A stretch of 64,000 nt of DNA from an uncultured bacterium (lineage in GTDB: Bacteria; Zixibacteria; MSB-5A5; GN15; FEB-12). The notes below the pieces were generated by a model, which saw nothing but the letters and a program-made list of their open reading frames with translations, searched no databases and was not told the origin of the DNA. Shown here in pieces: positions 39,861 to 49,900 of this stretch (its first letter is position 1; the number at the start of each line of letters is the position of its first letter). Position numbers and translations under genes: made by a program. Location of the stretch: NCBI GenBank assembly GCA_965372795.1, contig CBDVDR010000001.1, positions 1 to 64,000 on the forward strand. The letters run 5' to 3'.

Positions 39861-42800
39861 TTATTTGCACAAGTGACAAGGCGGTGGTCCCGGTGAACCC
39901 GGTACAAACAAGTAATCTACAAAAAATGTTAGGTCAGATATATTTAATTCACAATCAGCCACATTATCAAATTCTTCAAAACATTCTGGTCCCGGCGACC
40001 CCGGAATAAATAAGTAATCTACAAAAAATGTCAAATCACCAATTCCAACATCCCCATCCCCATTGGCATCACCCGGTGTATCAAGGCAACCTGAGCAGCC
40101 TCCACCAAGATATGAGTCAAAGAATGCTCTGGCATCATTTGCAATATTAATCAAATTCATCGCACTGCCGGTGTTGGTTATTCCGCTCGGGAAGGTAGCA
40201 TTCATGGTGGTCATCATGGCTATAAAAAAGTGAAGAGTATCAGTTCCGCCCAAATCAAGACCGGATACATACGTCATCCCCGAAAGCATATCAGTTGCCG
40301 ATGAATCTGAAAGAATTGTCCCGGGAGTTCTGTGTATATTTAAAAGAGTATCGAGATTGATATCAGATTTTAATTGATCAATCATACTATTAGATGATAA
40401 AGTATATTTATTAAAAGGATCCCTAAAATATCTATCTGCTATTCCTATATAAGTATATGGATGAGTTGAATACTCAAATCCTCCAAGATACATCATCGCC
40501 GCATAGCGTTCATCACTGGGCCATTCTTCATCAGGTAATGGTAATGTATCAGAATATTCAAGTCCGCCTTGATAAACAAAATCAGGAATCTCTTCCCCGG
40601 AAAACATAGCATCATAACCAAAGCCGTGCGAGTTGTCTCTTCCCGAATCAGAAGGCACATCCCAGTCGATAATGTCTCCGATGATTATATTATCATGCGG
40701 GAGTCCATCAAACGAATAAACCTTGGTGTGCTTAATTACAAAGCCACATGAGAAACTCGGATCCATCGGCGCATACCAGGTTGCTTCAATAGCAATAGAT
40801 GAATCATGCGTTGTATAAACACCGGTATAATAAATATCCGCCCAGGCAATGGTTGAATGTGAAGGCTCTTTACCGGGGATATTCTGTGGTAGTAACGCTG
40901 CCGAGTCAGCTATCATTGTCTGGAACATTCCCCAGTTCATATTATAATTCTCGGAGGTTCCATAACCAATAATAGTTCCGTTATCATACAGATAAGTATC
41001 GAACAGAGGGTTCCATTCACCATCAACCAATGTATCATAAGCCATGTTGCAGCCGCCCGGAGAACCGGCTTTTCCGGCGTTGCCATTGGATCCTACAATC
41101 AGTTCGATACAGGCAGTTCGAATAGTATCCCAACTTGGTTGAACGCAAGTGTCTGCTACGACCAGTTCAACTTCAAAGTTATTTGATCCATTCGGTGCAT
41201 CATGATCAAAAACAACCCGTCCGGTTACTCTGACAACTGTACCCGGAGAGTTGATGGCAAGATTTTCATTCAGGGTGATAGTACCTTCTTCTTTATTATT
41301 CTGACCAAATTCTACCAACCCATCAAAATCTTCCGAAATTGTCAACCATCCGGTTGATGCCGGCTGATCTTCTACGATTGTCGTAGTATAATGTAAATTT
41401 GCTGTTCCTGAATTCTCAATGGTTACCTCGAGAACTTCGGCTTCACCATGTTTAACACAGTTGGGGTATGAAAATTGGGTTAAGCTTAAAGCAAATCCCG
41501 GATCGATCACTGCTTGTACACAAGGTATCCTCATCCACAAATAATCATTGTTAGTCCAATCCCCTTCACTCATAATTGCCCCACCGGGAATTTGATCATC
41601 TATATAGGCAATATCAAGATAGTAATTGTTATCATGAACGGCACCGGTTGTCATAGCATAAGTAGTACATATATTTGAAACTTCCGGTAGTGCCACCCGG
41701 TAATCAGAGCCATGCTCGTTCATAGTCGGCCAATGTTCTGCCGGACAGGGACCATTGCCTTCCGGGTCACACGCTTTACCGTCAAGATAAGCCGATGGAC
41801 CACCGTAAGAATTGGTTATCCCTCTTGGATTATCCCAGCTCAGACCAACAAGATCATCGGAGACAGAGAGAAACAGATCACCATTGGCCGCCCCATCAGG
41901 ATCACCGTCAAAAGCTCGCTGTCCGCAATCATCATGGTTATCATTTCCGGTAGTGTTCGGGCTGTTAAGCTCGACCCACATAACATACAGTCTGCCGCCA
42001 CATTCTGAGATTGAAAGTTTCGCTACGTTTTCGTTGTACTTTTGAGGAGTGCAATTTTCAGGCTCCCATTCTGCTGAGGTAACTGTTCGTATATTTCCCT
42101 GACCCGATGCTAAAAAGCCAAGGTCTTCTGACCAGTGAAATATTCTTGAGGCATAACCGCCGATCGCCGCTTCATCCCATTTCATTGCTACAAAGGCAGT
42201 ATGGAATTTTTCATCTGTAGTTATCAATGTTGAAATATCTGCAAAAGGACGGTAACCATTTTCACCGGCTACGTTCTTTGTTACGTTGATTCTATTTTCC
42301 CAATAGTTTCCTCCCGGAGTCGGATTGTAAAGTTCCCCGAGATTACCGCGACCAAAGTTTCTATTTAGTTGAACAAACAGATCATTGTCCCAGCGGTCAC
42401 GACCAGTAGATCCGGTTGATGTTGATTGTGAACAGGTATCACACCCCGGTTCATCGGGAAGCAACCCCACCCAGGTAATCGCAACTAAACCGTTGGGCGA
42501 GGCGCACAGATCGTACCCTTCACCGTTAAAGATTGTATCAATCGCACAACCATACGTCCAGCTGCCGTTGCTGCCATCCTCAGGGTCGACCTTCTGGAAA
42601 TAACTTAGGTTTGAAGGACCATTACCGCCACCAAACGCAGAGCCAATCAGATGAATTATTTCGGCACCATCAGGCGGATTCTGATAGGCAATATCAGGCC
42701 AGATAACAACGGCATTATCAGGAACATCAATATGGGTATTACCACAATCATTCAGAGTATCAGGTATTCGGTCGCTGACTGAGTAAAATGAAGTATTGCA

Positions 42801-43370
42801 GGTATGCTGAATCCAGTATTGGATGCGATAACGAGCCCCTGCTGCTAAACGATTATGAGCCGCAAAAATATGACGGTTATCAGATGTAACCGCATTAGTT
42901 GGATAACCAGCATAATTTCCACTAGGTTGCCATTGAGAATAAAATCCTACCATAGTTCCACTTTCACCATCCCAGCCATTAGATTCAATTTCTCGATCTT
43001 CGAGAATCGCACTGGGAAGCATCATCCAGACAAAGTGCAGTGTCCAGGGGCAGGATACACTTGAGCCTAAAGTTATCTGGCGATGCATCGAACTATTGTG
43101 TTGATAGTCATAATATGTAAACCCCATCTTCTTACCAAAACCGACCCCGGATTTTGTTGGGTCAAGCGAGGTTCTTGTTCTTGGATTACCTGTTATAAAT
43201 CCCAGATTTTCATCAGGAAGAGCATATTCTACGATACGGCTGGCAAGTAGTGATTTTACCCGATTCTGTGCCTCTTTTTTATACTTGGCTGCGCCAATAT
43301 TCTGCGAAAAAAGGGCGGTAATAAAGAGGGCGAGGATTAAAATCGAAATAACTTTATTTGAAACCATCAT
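39861..43370 (-). CDS. Secreted dockerin-tailed protein, tandem paralog C
   Basis: 1169 aa; colinear homolog of A and B; CAGGGGAG RBS; C-terminal dockerin GDANGDGDVGIGDLTFFVDYLF. Confidence 0.85.
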   Translation of the reverse strand: MMVSNKVISILILALFITALFSQNIGAAKYKKEAQNRVKSLLASRIVEYALPDENLGFITGNPRTRTSLDPTKSGVGFGKKMGFTYYDYQHNSSMHRQITLGSSVSCPWTLHFVWMMLPSAILEDREIESNGWDGESGTMVGFYSQWQPSGNYAGYPTNAVTSDNRHIFAAHNRLAAGARYRIQYWIQHTCNTSFYSVSDRIPDTLNDCGNTHIDVPDNAVVIWPDIAYQNPPDGAEIIHLIGSAFGGGNGPSNLSYFQKVDPEDGSNGSWTYGCAIDTIFNGEGYDLCASPNGLVAITWVGLLPDEPGCDTCSQSTSTGSTGRDRWDNDLFVQLNRNFGRGNLGELYNPTPGGNYWENRINVTKNVAGENGYRPFADISTLITTDEKFHTAFVAMKWDEAAIGGYASRIFHWSEDLGFLASGQGNIRTVTSAEWEPENCTPQKYNENVAKLSISECGGRLYVMWVELNSPNTTGNDNHDDCGQRAFDGDPDGAANGDLFLSVSDDLVGLSWDNPRGITNSYGGPSAYLDGKACDPEGNGPCPAEHWPTMNEHGSDYRVALPEVSNICTTYAMTTGAVHDNNYYLDIAYIDDQIPGGAIMSEGDWTNNDYLWMRIPCVQAVIDPGFALSLTQFSYPNCVKHGEAEVLEVTIENSGTANLHYTTTIVEDQPASTGWLTISEDFDGLVEFGQNNKEEGTITLNENLAINSPGTVVRVTGRVVFDHDAPNGSNNFEVELVVADTCVQPSWDTIRTACIELIVGSNGNAGKAGSPGGCNMAYDTLVDGEWNPLFDTYLYDNGTIIGYGTSENYNMNWGMFQTMIADSAALLPQNIPGKEPSHSTIAWADIYYTGVYTTHDSSIAIEATWYAPMDPSFSCGFVIKHTKVYSFDGLPHDNIIIGDIIDWDVPSDSGRDNSHGFGYDAMFSGEEIPDFVYQGGLEYSDTLPLPDEEWPSDERYAAMMYLGGFEYSTHPYTYIGIADRYFRDPFNKYTLSSNSMIDQLKSDINLDTLLNIHRTPGTILSDSSATDMLSGMTYVSGLDLGGTDTLHFFIAMMTTMNATFPSGITNTGSAMNLINIANDARAFFDSYLGGGCSGCLDTPGDANGDGDVGIGDLTFFVDYLFIPGSPGPECFEEFDNVADCELNISDLTFFVDYLFVPGSPGPPPCHLCK

Positions 43371-43484
43371 TCTCCCCTGTATATATCTGTGCTCTTAATA
43401 TAAAAAAACCTTGGTTGTCTGCTGGTTTTGTCCTTAAAACTATTTATAAACGACCCTGCTAACGGAGAAGTTTATTGTACTATT

Positions 43485-43513
43485 AACATAGTTATACTTG
43501 ATAATTCTGTCAA
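43485..43513 (-). promoter_or_regulatory. sigma70-type promoter for the paralog cluster
   Basis: Minus strand TTGACA-17 bp-TATGTT. Confidence 0.65.
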
Positions 43514-43566
43514 CAATTTAAACTTTAAGAGAAGCAGGATCTGCGTTGGATAATTTATAAAGGCAT

Positions 43567-43616
43567 AAAGAAATGGCAGGTCTTGCTTTCGGGTGTCCAA
43601 AAACGTGACCTGCCAT
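43567..43616 (-). terminator. Stem-loop with U-rich tail after the DUF5916-type gene
   Basis: ATGGCAGGTC...GACCTGCCAT perfect 10-bp stem with a 24-nt loop, followed by UUCUUU on the minus strand. Confidence 0.5.
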
Positions 43617-43657
43617 AGGAATAGGTCTCTACAATACTATATTAATGTATAGGGCTT

Positions 43658-46135
43658 CTAAATATTAAGCCAGTAACTGGTTTTAATCAGGAATACATTA
43701 TTTGCACCGGATGAGAACAAACGATCAAAATCCCTTGAGACATTCAAATTGTTCACACTGTCATCAAATTGCGGGCGCGAACGGGTCCATACCATATACA
43801 TCGTGCTTCCCGGTAAATATTCCCAGCGAAGCAACAGCGTTGAGTTCAGAGCCGAGTAATTGTAATCCGAATTATATCCGCTTACCTGGGATGAATACTG
43901 GTTTCCACCCTGATAGAAACGGTAGTTTTGATAATCCAATCCGGCTATATAACCTTCAGCTGATAACTGAATTGAAAGCTTGCTATTAACTACTACCGAC
44001 ATCGAGGCATTCAACGAAATTTGGTTCTTATTCAAATCAGCAAAGAGCGAAGAATCATCTTCATTGGTTACCCATCGAGTAGCATCATAGTTGCGGGTGA
44101 AATTGATACCGGTTGAAAATTCAAGATTGCTTCTCGGGCGAATTTCAACCCCCATATAATTTGCCCACCAGTGACCGCCTCGATCACCGCCACTGCCGGG
44201 ATTTAAAACAAATGATATTGGTTTTCTTGAATCGGTGTTCAAGCTGAACCACCAGCTATAAGTCGGATGAACCGGCCATTCCCAGAGTCCATTCCCTCGG
44301 GTTTCACGATCGCTATATTTTTCAGCTTGAATTGATGATCCCCCACCGAGAGTCCAGTTGTTTGTAAATACTATATGAGTATTAAAATTACTACCTAAAC
44401 TATAGGTAATTCCATCGTAATTTGAAGAAGTATAGAAATTGAAATTATTATAACTGTCCTGAATAATCCACCAGGTATCATTGGTGCGATACTGTGTCCA
44501 CAACCAGATATTTTTTGAATCCGTCCGGGAAGTAAAACCTAAGCGATTGAGGTTCAGATCGGGATGTTTTATAGTCATCCCCAGAGCCCCTCGGATATGC
44601 TTTCCTCCGATCTTCTCAAATGTTAAATCAACGCCATATCCGGAAACACTTCCTTCAGTACGACTTCCAACAACCTGACCAACCATCATCCATTTATTGT
44701 CATTGGTGCTCAATCTCCAGTCGATACCACCGGTCAGATTTGGCTGCATGCCATCCTGTCCGGCGAAAGTAAACATCCCGCCAAAACTTGAATTTTTTAG
44801 AATATCCTGCTTAACTCTCAAAATTGTATAATTGGCAATCGGCTCTGCCACAAACGAGTTAATAATTGTGTCTGCCGAAGTTGTATTTATCTGAAGTTCT
44901 CCGTTGTTATAGGTCGAATCCAAAACAACATTTCGTAATGCAGCATACTCTGCTTTTTCCTCTTCGGTTACCGCACTTAGTAAAGCAATCGAGGTCCCGC
45001 CTGAAAGTTTTCCGGTTAATTTCAAAGCACCTAATATAGTTGTCGATTTTGGATAATCACTATAGTAGGCGAAATCATCATCATCGGCACTTCCATTTGG
45101 ATTCCTCCCTATCCTACGTGAGTAAAAGAGAGTAAAAGGCGTTTGAAATAGATCGGACCCTTCGAGAAAGAACGGTCTCCTTTCAGGGAAATAGGTTTCG
45201 AATGATGATAGATTCAAAACCGGATCATCAAGTTCGACCTGACCAAAATCAGGATTAACGGTAGCATCCAGAACTAAATTTGATGACAATGAATACTTGG
45301 CATCGAATCCCATATTTTTATAAATATCTTTCCCGTCAAAATTGCCCGGTTCTTTGGGAGCGGTTTCAAAACTTGACACCATATAGGGGAGAATTTCTAT
45401 ATTTTTTTCAGGGCTAATATCTTTGATACCGGATAGATGACCGAAGTTGGAAACATGTCCACCCTTTTCGCTCGGCGTAAATGCCCATTTTACTACTTCA
45501 TTTTTTCGATTTATATAGCGGACAAAATCAACTCCCCAGGTATGTTCATCCTTTTCAGCAAAGCGTAAAACCGTTAAAGGGATTTTCATCTCAGCCGTCC
45601 ACCCCCACGGTTGCCGTTGAACCTCTGATTCCCAGACAGCATCCCACGACATATCAGCATTACCGTCATCAAAATAACGACAATCTTTTTGAACATTCAC
45701 TGAACTGACTTCAAACGCATTGCCGGTTTGATGGTCATGGAAGGGATCGACCCTAAAGGTTACTCTGTCGCTTTGCGATGTTCTATCCCGCCGGACCAGT
45801 TGTCCGTCGATTTTTGATGGTTCTGAATCATAACACCAAAAAGCTACGTACATATTATTATCATCATAAGCAACAGCGACCAAGGTTGATTCAGAAGCTT
45901 GCTCGCCTTCATCCGGTTCAATCTGTCTAAATGAATTAACTTTATGAATCTTCTTTGAGCTCCAAATAGCATCGTCAAGCCTGCCATCAATTTTAGGGGC
46001 ATGGGGATTTATTCGATAGGCTCTTATTTCGGGGACGTTTTCTTCAGTAACCGTAGCTTCCTGCGCCATGACAGTGAGTGTTTGCGCGAAAAACATAGTT
46101 AATAATATGACTGTGAGAATTAAAGACCGATTCAC
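43658..46135 (-). CDS. CBM9-like N-terminal domain plus DUF5916-type outer-membrane beta-barrel protein
   Basis: PKIDGRLDDAIW, AYDDNNMYVAF, WTAEMKIPL (CBM9-like); TVNPDFGQVELD, ERRPFFLEG, LFYSRRIG, RWEYLPGS, terminal KTSYWLNI. GTG start 46135 after GGAGGT (track gives 46156). Confidence 0.82.
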   Translation of the reverse strand: MNRSLILTVILLTMFFAQTLTVMAQEATVTEENVPEIRAYRINPHAPKIDGRLDDAIWSSKKIHKVNSFRQIEPDEGEQASESTLVAVAYDDNNMYVAFWCYDSEPSKIDGQLVRRDRTSQSDRVTFRVDPFHDHQTGNAFEVSSVNVQKDCRYFDDGNADMSWDAVWESEVQRQPWGWTAEMKIPLTVLRFAEKDEHTWGVDFVRYINRKNEVVKWAFTPSEKGGHVSNFGHLSGIKDISPEKNIEILPYMVSSFETAPKEPGNFDGKDIYKNMGFDAKYSLSSNLVLDATVNPDFGQVELDDPVLNLSSFETYFPERRPFFLEGSDLFQTPFTLFYSRRIGRNPNGSADDDDFAYYSDYPKSTTILGALKLTGKLSGGTSIALLSAVTEEEKAEYAALRNVVLDSTYNNGELQINTTSADTIINSFVAEPIANYTILRVKQDILKNSSFGGMFTFAGQDGMQPNLTGGIDWRLSTNDNKWMMVGQVVGSRTEGSVSGYGVDLTFEKIGGKHIRGALGMTIKHPDLNLNRLGFTSRTDSKNIWLWTQYRTNDTWWIIQDSYNNFNFYTSSNYDGITYSLGSNFNTHIVFTNNWTLGGGSSIQAEKYSDRETRGNGLWEWPVHPTYSWWFSLNTDSRKPISFVLNPGSGGDRGGHWWANYMGVEIRPRSNLEFSTGINFTRNYDATRWVTNEDDSSLFADLNKNQISLNASMSVVVNSKLSIQLSAEGYIAGLDYQNYRFYQGGNQYSSQVSGYNSDYNYSALNSTLLLRWEYLPGSTMYMVWTRSRPQFDDSVNNLNVSRDFDRLFSSGANNVFLIKTSYWLNI

Positions 46136-46203
46136 ATTGTACCTCCTAAATTGCACAATTTGTTCCAGCTTTCAAACACTCACTATCCCATTCGTTAATT
46201 ATC

Positions 46204-46231
46204 TATACGTGTACCTTTTTAGAAAAGTTCC
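46204..46231 (-). promoter_or_regulatory. ECF-sigma-type promoter
   Basis: Minus strand GGAACTT...CGTATA with AAC-17 bp-CGT spacing. Confidence 0.5.
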
Positions 46232-46436
46232 ATTTTTCCGTAAATAATTTCTCGTAACTACATCTATAGACATTAGTTATGAACTTAAGGCGGGTCGAGA
46301 GCATAACTCCATTACTATCAGTTAAAATCAAGTCTACTCTTATTTTATTAGTTTTTCATCAATATATTTTGTTTTCCTATATAATTTTAATCGGTATATA
46401 GTGTGAACCAGATCTAATTTTATAGGAGGATACAAA

Positions 46437-46850
46437 TTGATAATAGACCATATCGGTATAGTAGTAAAAAATATCCCCGATGCGATAGAGCATTGGAAAA
46501 CTATTTTTGGGTACGAACAGATGACTGAAATTGTTGAGAACACACGACAAAAGGTAAAAGTGGTCTTTTTAAAAAAAGAAAATTCTCAAACGATTAAGCT
46601 TATTGAACCATCGGATGAAACCTCCCCTATTTTTGCCCTGGCAAAGCGAGGCGGCGGATTGCATCATCTTTGTTTTAAATGTGATAGTCTTGAAAAGCAA
46701 CTGGATGAATTCACAGAAAAGGGACTTCGGATTCTCACGCAACCGCAACCCGGAGAAGCTTTTGATAATGAAAACATCGCTTTTGTTTTTGCCAAAAATG
46801 GACTCAATGTTGAATTGATTGATACCGACAAAAAAGCTGCCCTACTTTAA
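46437..46850 (+). CDS. VOC/glyoxalase family protein (methylmalonyl-CoA epimerase-like)
   Basis: IDHIGIVV, GGGLHHLCF, GLNVELI motifs; AGGAGGA RBS before a TTG start. Confidence 0.85.
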   Translation: MIIDHIGIVVKNIPDAIEHWKTIFGYEQMTEIVENTRQKVKVVFLKKENSQTIKLIEPSDETSPIFALAKRGGGLHHLCFKCDSLEKQLDEFTEKGLRILTQPQPGEAFDNENIAFVFAKNGLNVELIDTDKKAALL

Positions 46851-46866
46851 GTTCAAAAAAAACATG

Positions 46867-46900
46867 AAAAAGAGCAGTCATCTTTCGATGACTACTCTCT
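46867..46900 (-). terminator. Intrinsic terminator, possibly bidirectional
   Basis: Minus strand AGAGUAGUCAUC-GAAA-GAUGACUGCUCU-UUUU, between convergent genes. Confidence 0.75.
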
Positions 46901-46931
46901 TACCTAGTATCTAATATTACTTAGATACTTA

Positions 46932-49900
46932 CTATTCAAAGCGAATAGTATTTGAACGATGGGTCACTGTTTTACCACGGCTCTCCATCTCAATTATAGC
47001 TTCACCGCTTCCTGAAGGATTGGTGTCAGGTGATGCTTTGAAGCGGTACCTGACTTCGATCTTCTGTTCGCGGTCAATTTTATCAATCTCGATCAACAGA
47101 TGTCCATCGCTGCCGATAGCAGCTCTTGCTGCTTCACCGTCAACGGTAGCACTCTCTAAAACATATTCACCATTGATTGGAAGAATATCTTCTAAGACAA
47201 CATTCTCAGCCGAATAATAGCCAACGTTTTCTATCACTATCAGAACTTCCCAGGTATTAGGACCAATTTGAGCTGCACCATCTGTATCAGGTACCAGCAC
47301 CGTATCCCAATTGATTGGTTCGAGTTCTAAAATTGTAGTAGCTTCCCAGTTATTAACTGGAATCTGGCTATAGTCAACCTGTGAACGATTTCTACCAGTA
47401 ATAAAGACTTCCACTCGACGATTTTGCTGCCAGTGCACTTCGGAGTGACCCGTATCAACCGGGATCGTTGCTGCAAAGCCTTCGTATGACATCAAGGAAG
47501 TGTCAATGTTGTGGTTCTCGTTCAACCAGGTTAATACTGACAATGCCCGAGCTTCCGAGAGTTCCCAGTTTGATGGGAATCTGACAGTATTAATCCGGCG
47601 GTAATCACAGTGACCTTCGGTTCTAATCGTTACATCAGAATATTTTAGAATCGAATCTGCAATTGCCTCAAGTATCGGTAAAGCTTCCGGTCTTAAGAAA
47701 GCCTTAGATGTTTCAAAATAGGCACCGATAATATTCATTTTGATTTGGGTATCAGGAGCAGTCCGTAATGGTCCAACCGCAACAGTTACAGTTGTAGATT
47801 GCCGGGTATATTCCTTTGCCGTTGTATCAGGACTACCTTCAATATAAATAGTGTTTTCAAGGAATTTACGTGAACCCGGATCAAGATCCTCAATGGAATA
47901 TTTCATTGATTTCCTGAAGCCATCAGCACCAACTGTAAATTCATTATACAACTGTTTACCATCAGAACTAACAATCAGCTCGGTACCATCAACCATAGAT
48001 AGTTGGGTTTCATCCGGAAGTGAATCGACAATTTTCAAGCGTACAGCTTCCGCTCCGCCGTTATAGTCAATTGAGATTTCATAATCAACTACGACTCCGG
48101 TACTGTCATAGGTTTGAGTGGTATCTATCGAAGCTGATTTTGTAATCATCGCTGTCGGTACCTGAGCAGCTAGTTTATTAAGTTTTAATATAGGCTGTGC
48201 CGGGCAGACTTTAAAAATCAGATACGATTCACCGGTCTCATGGACAAAAACAAAGACAGATGCAATCTGACCATCCGCCAAATCGTACAGTCTATCTGAG
48301 AGATCACGAGTATCGATCATGACTGCTCTTTGACCGGGACGAACAGTACTGAAATAGAACATCCCTTTATTGTTCACTTGTGAGCGTGAACCATCATCAA
48401 GGAAGAGGTCAACCCCTGAAAGGGTTGTGTCAAATTCTATCTCACCGTCACCGCAATCGACAATCACCCGACCGCGAATTGAACCTGATAGAGTTGATGG
48501 AATTACATTAACACGACAAGTCGCCCTTGATGGTACAAAATCATCGGCATGCGCCCAGGCAATGTTTTCATTGATCCCGCCTAATATACGGGTACTAAGC
48601 TGCACGGTGTAACGCAGGGTTACTTTATCACCCGGATCAAGGTCACCCATTTGCCAGGTCAATGGATTAATTCCGGCTGGGTCAGGCGCAATAGCCTGAT
48701 CAATGATTGTTGTACTATCAATATATGCAAACCCATACGGTAGAGTATCTAAGATAAAACTGTTCAATGCCGTAGTCGTTGAAACATTTTCAACAATGAT
48801 GGTAAAATCAATTATATCACCCGGGAAGCCACTGTTAACATTGGATCGTTTGGTAATAATCAGCGGTGGCACCTCAACTCCCACCCTTGCCATGACAGGT
48901 CCCCATGAATGACTTGCCCCATCACCATTATTATCATAGAGAGTTGCATAGTTATCAAATGGTAATGAATAATCCAAGCCTGTAGGTATCTCTGATAAAT
49001 AAGTAATAACAACCGTATCAGGGAAACCGATATCTCCTATCACAATTCTAATCGGATCAGTACCTACTGAGATAGCCGGTATACCGTCAACCATTGCCGA
49101 ACCCTGAACAAAGTTGAAATCATCAGGATGATCATCCTCAATGATAGCATCTGTTAATCCATAGTTTCCGGTATTGGTTACCTGAATCGTATAAGTAATC
49201 GTATCCCCGGCATTGGCAATAGTTGGATACGCACTCTTTTCAATAGTAATCGTTGGAGCAATGACCTCGGTTGTAACTACAGATTCTGTATACTGATCAG
49301 CCGGGTTTGTAATTATTGCTTTGTTTGTTACAATGTATCCATTTGGAGCTGATTGATCAATTACTACTTTGAATTCCATCTTAACCGAATCAAGCGCATT
49401 AATTGTGTCAACACTCCAGATAATCATATTATCAAGGGCATCAAACAGAATTGTTGAAGTCGTTTGAGCCAAACCATCATAAGATGTTTTAGGTCTCTGT
49501 GATGCTCTTGAGACAGCAGAGGAAGCGACATAAGCAGTAAGTTCAGGAATAGTGTCTTGAACAATAACATTGGCTATCGGAGCATTCTCGGTATTACGAA
49601 TTGTTATCGTATAAAGCAATGTATCTTCAGGCGGAGCCTGTACTTTATCAACAGTGGTAAATAACCTGAGCATACCCGGTGCAAATGTTCGTTCAACAAC
49701 TATTTCTGTTGTTTTTGTATCAATACCACAAGCATTCTTAGCTGTCAATACGACCGTAAAATGTCCCGAATCAACATAAATATGAGTCGGGTTGGGACTG
49801 GTTGAAGTATTTCCATCACCAAAATCCCAACTCCAGGATGTTGACCCGGTTGAGATATTAGTGAAATTTGCTGTGACAGGAGCTTGACGATTACTTGGGT

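Larger units (their letters stand above)
32782..43390 (-). repeat. Tandem triplication of a ~3.54-kb unit including conserved 46-bp spacers
   Basis: Spacers 36268-36313 and 39815-39860 are both 46 bp and share ttttcccctgtataaa.ctgttccctctataatatat. Confidence 0.9.

Noticed and set aside
36268..39907. N-terminal extensions of paralogs A and B in the ORF track (starts 36375 and 39907), implying overlapping genes
   Set aside because: The signal peptide and RBS point to the MMVSK starts, matching paralog C; the extensions are open-frame run-through into the upstream gene
32782..43370. Diversity-generating retroelement behind the paralog variation
   Set aside because: No reverse transcriptase in the window, no short TR/VR pair, and the differences involve all bases and indels rather than adenines only
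43395..43470. Attenuator in the paralog-cluster leader (AACCAAGGUUUUUUU)
   Set aside because: The stem is too short and weak to be a credible terminator, and there is no leader peptide
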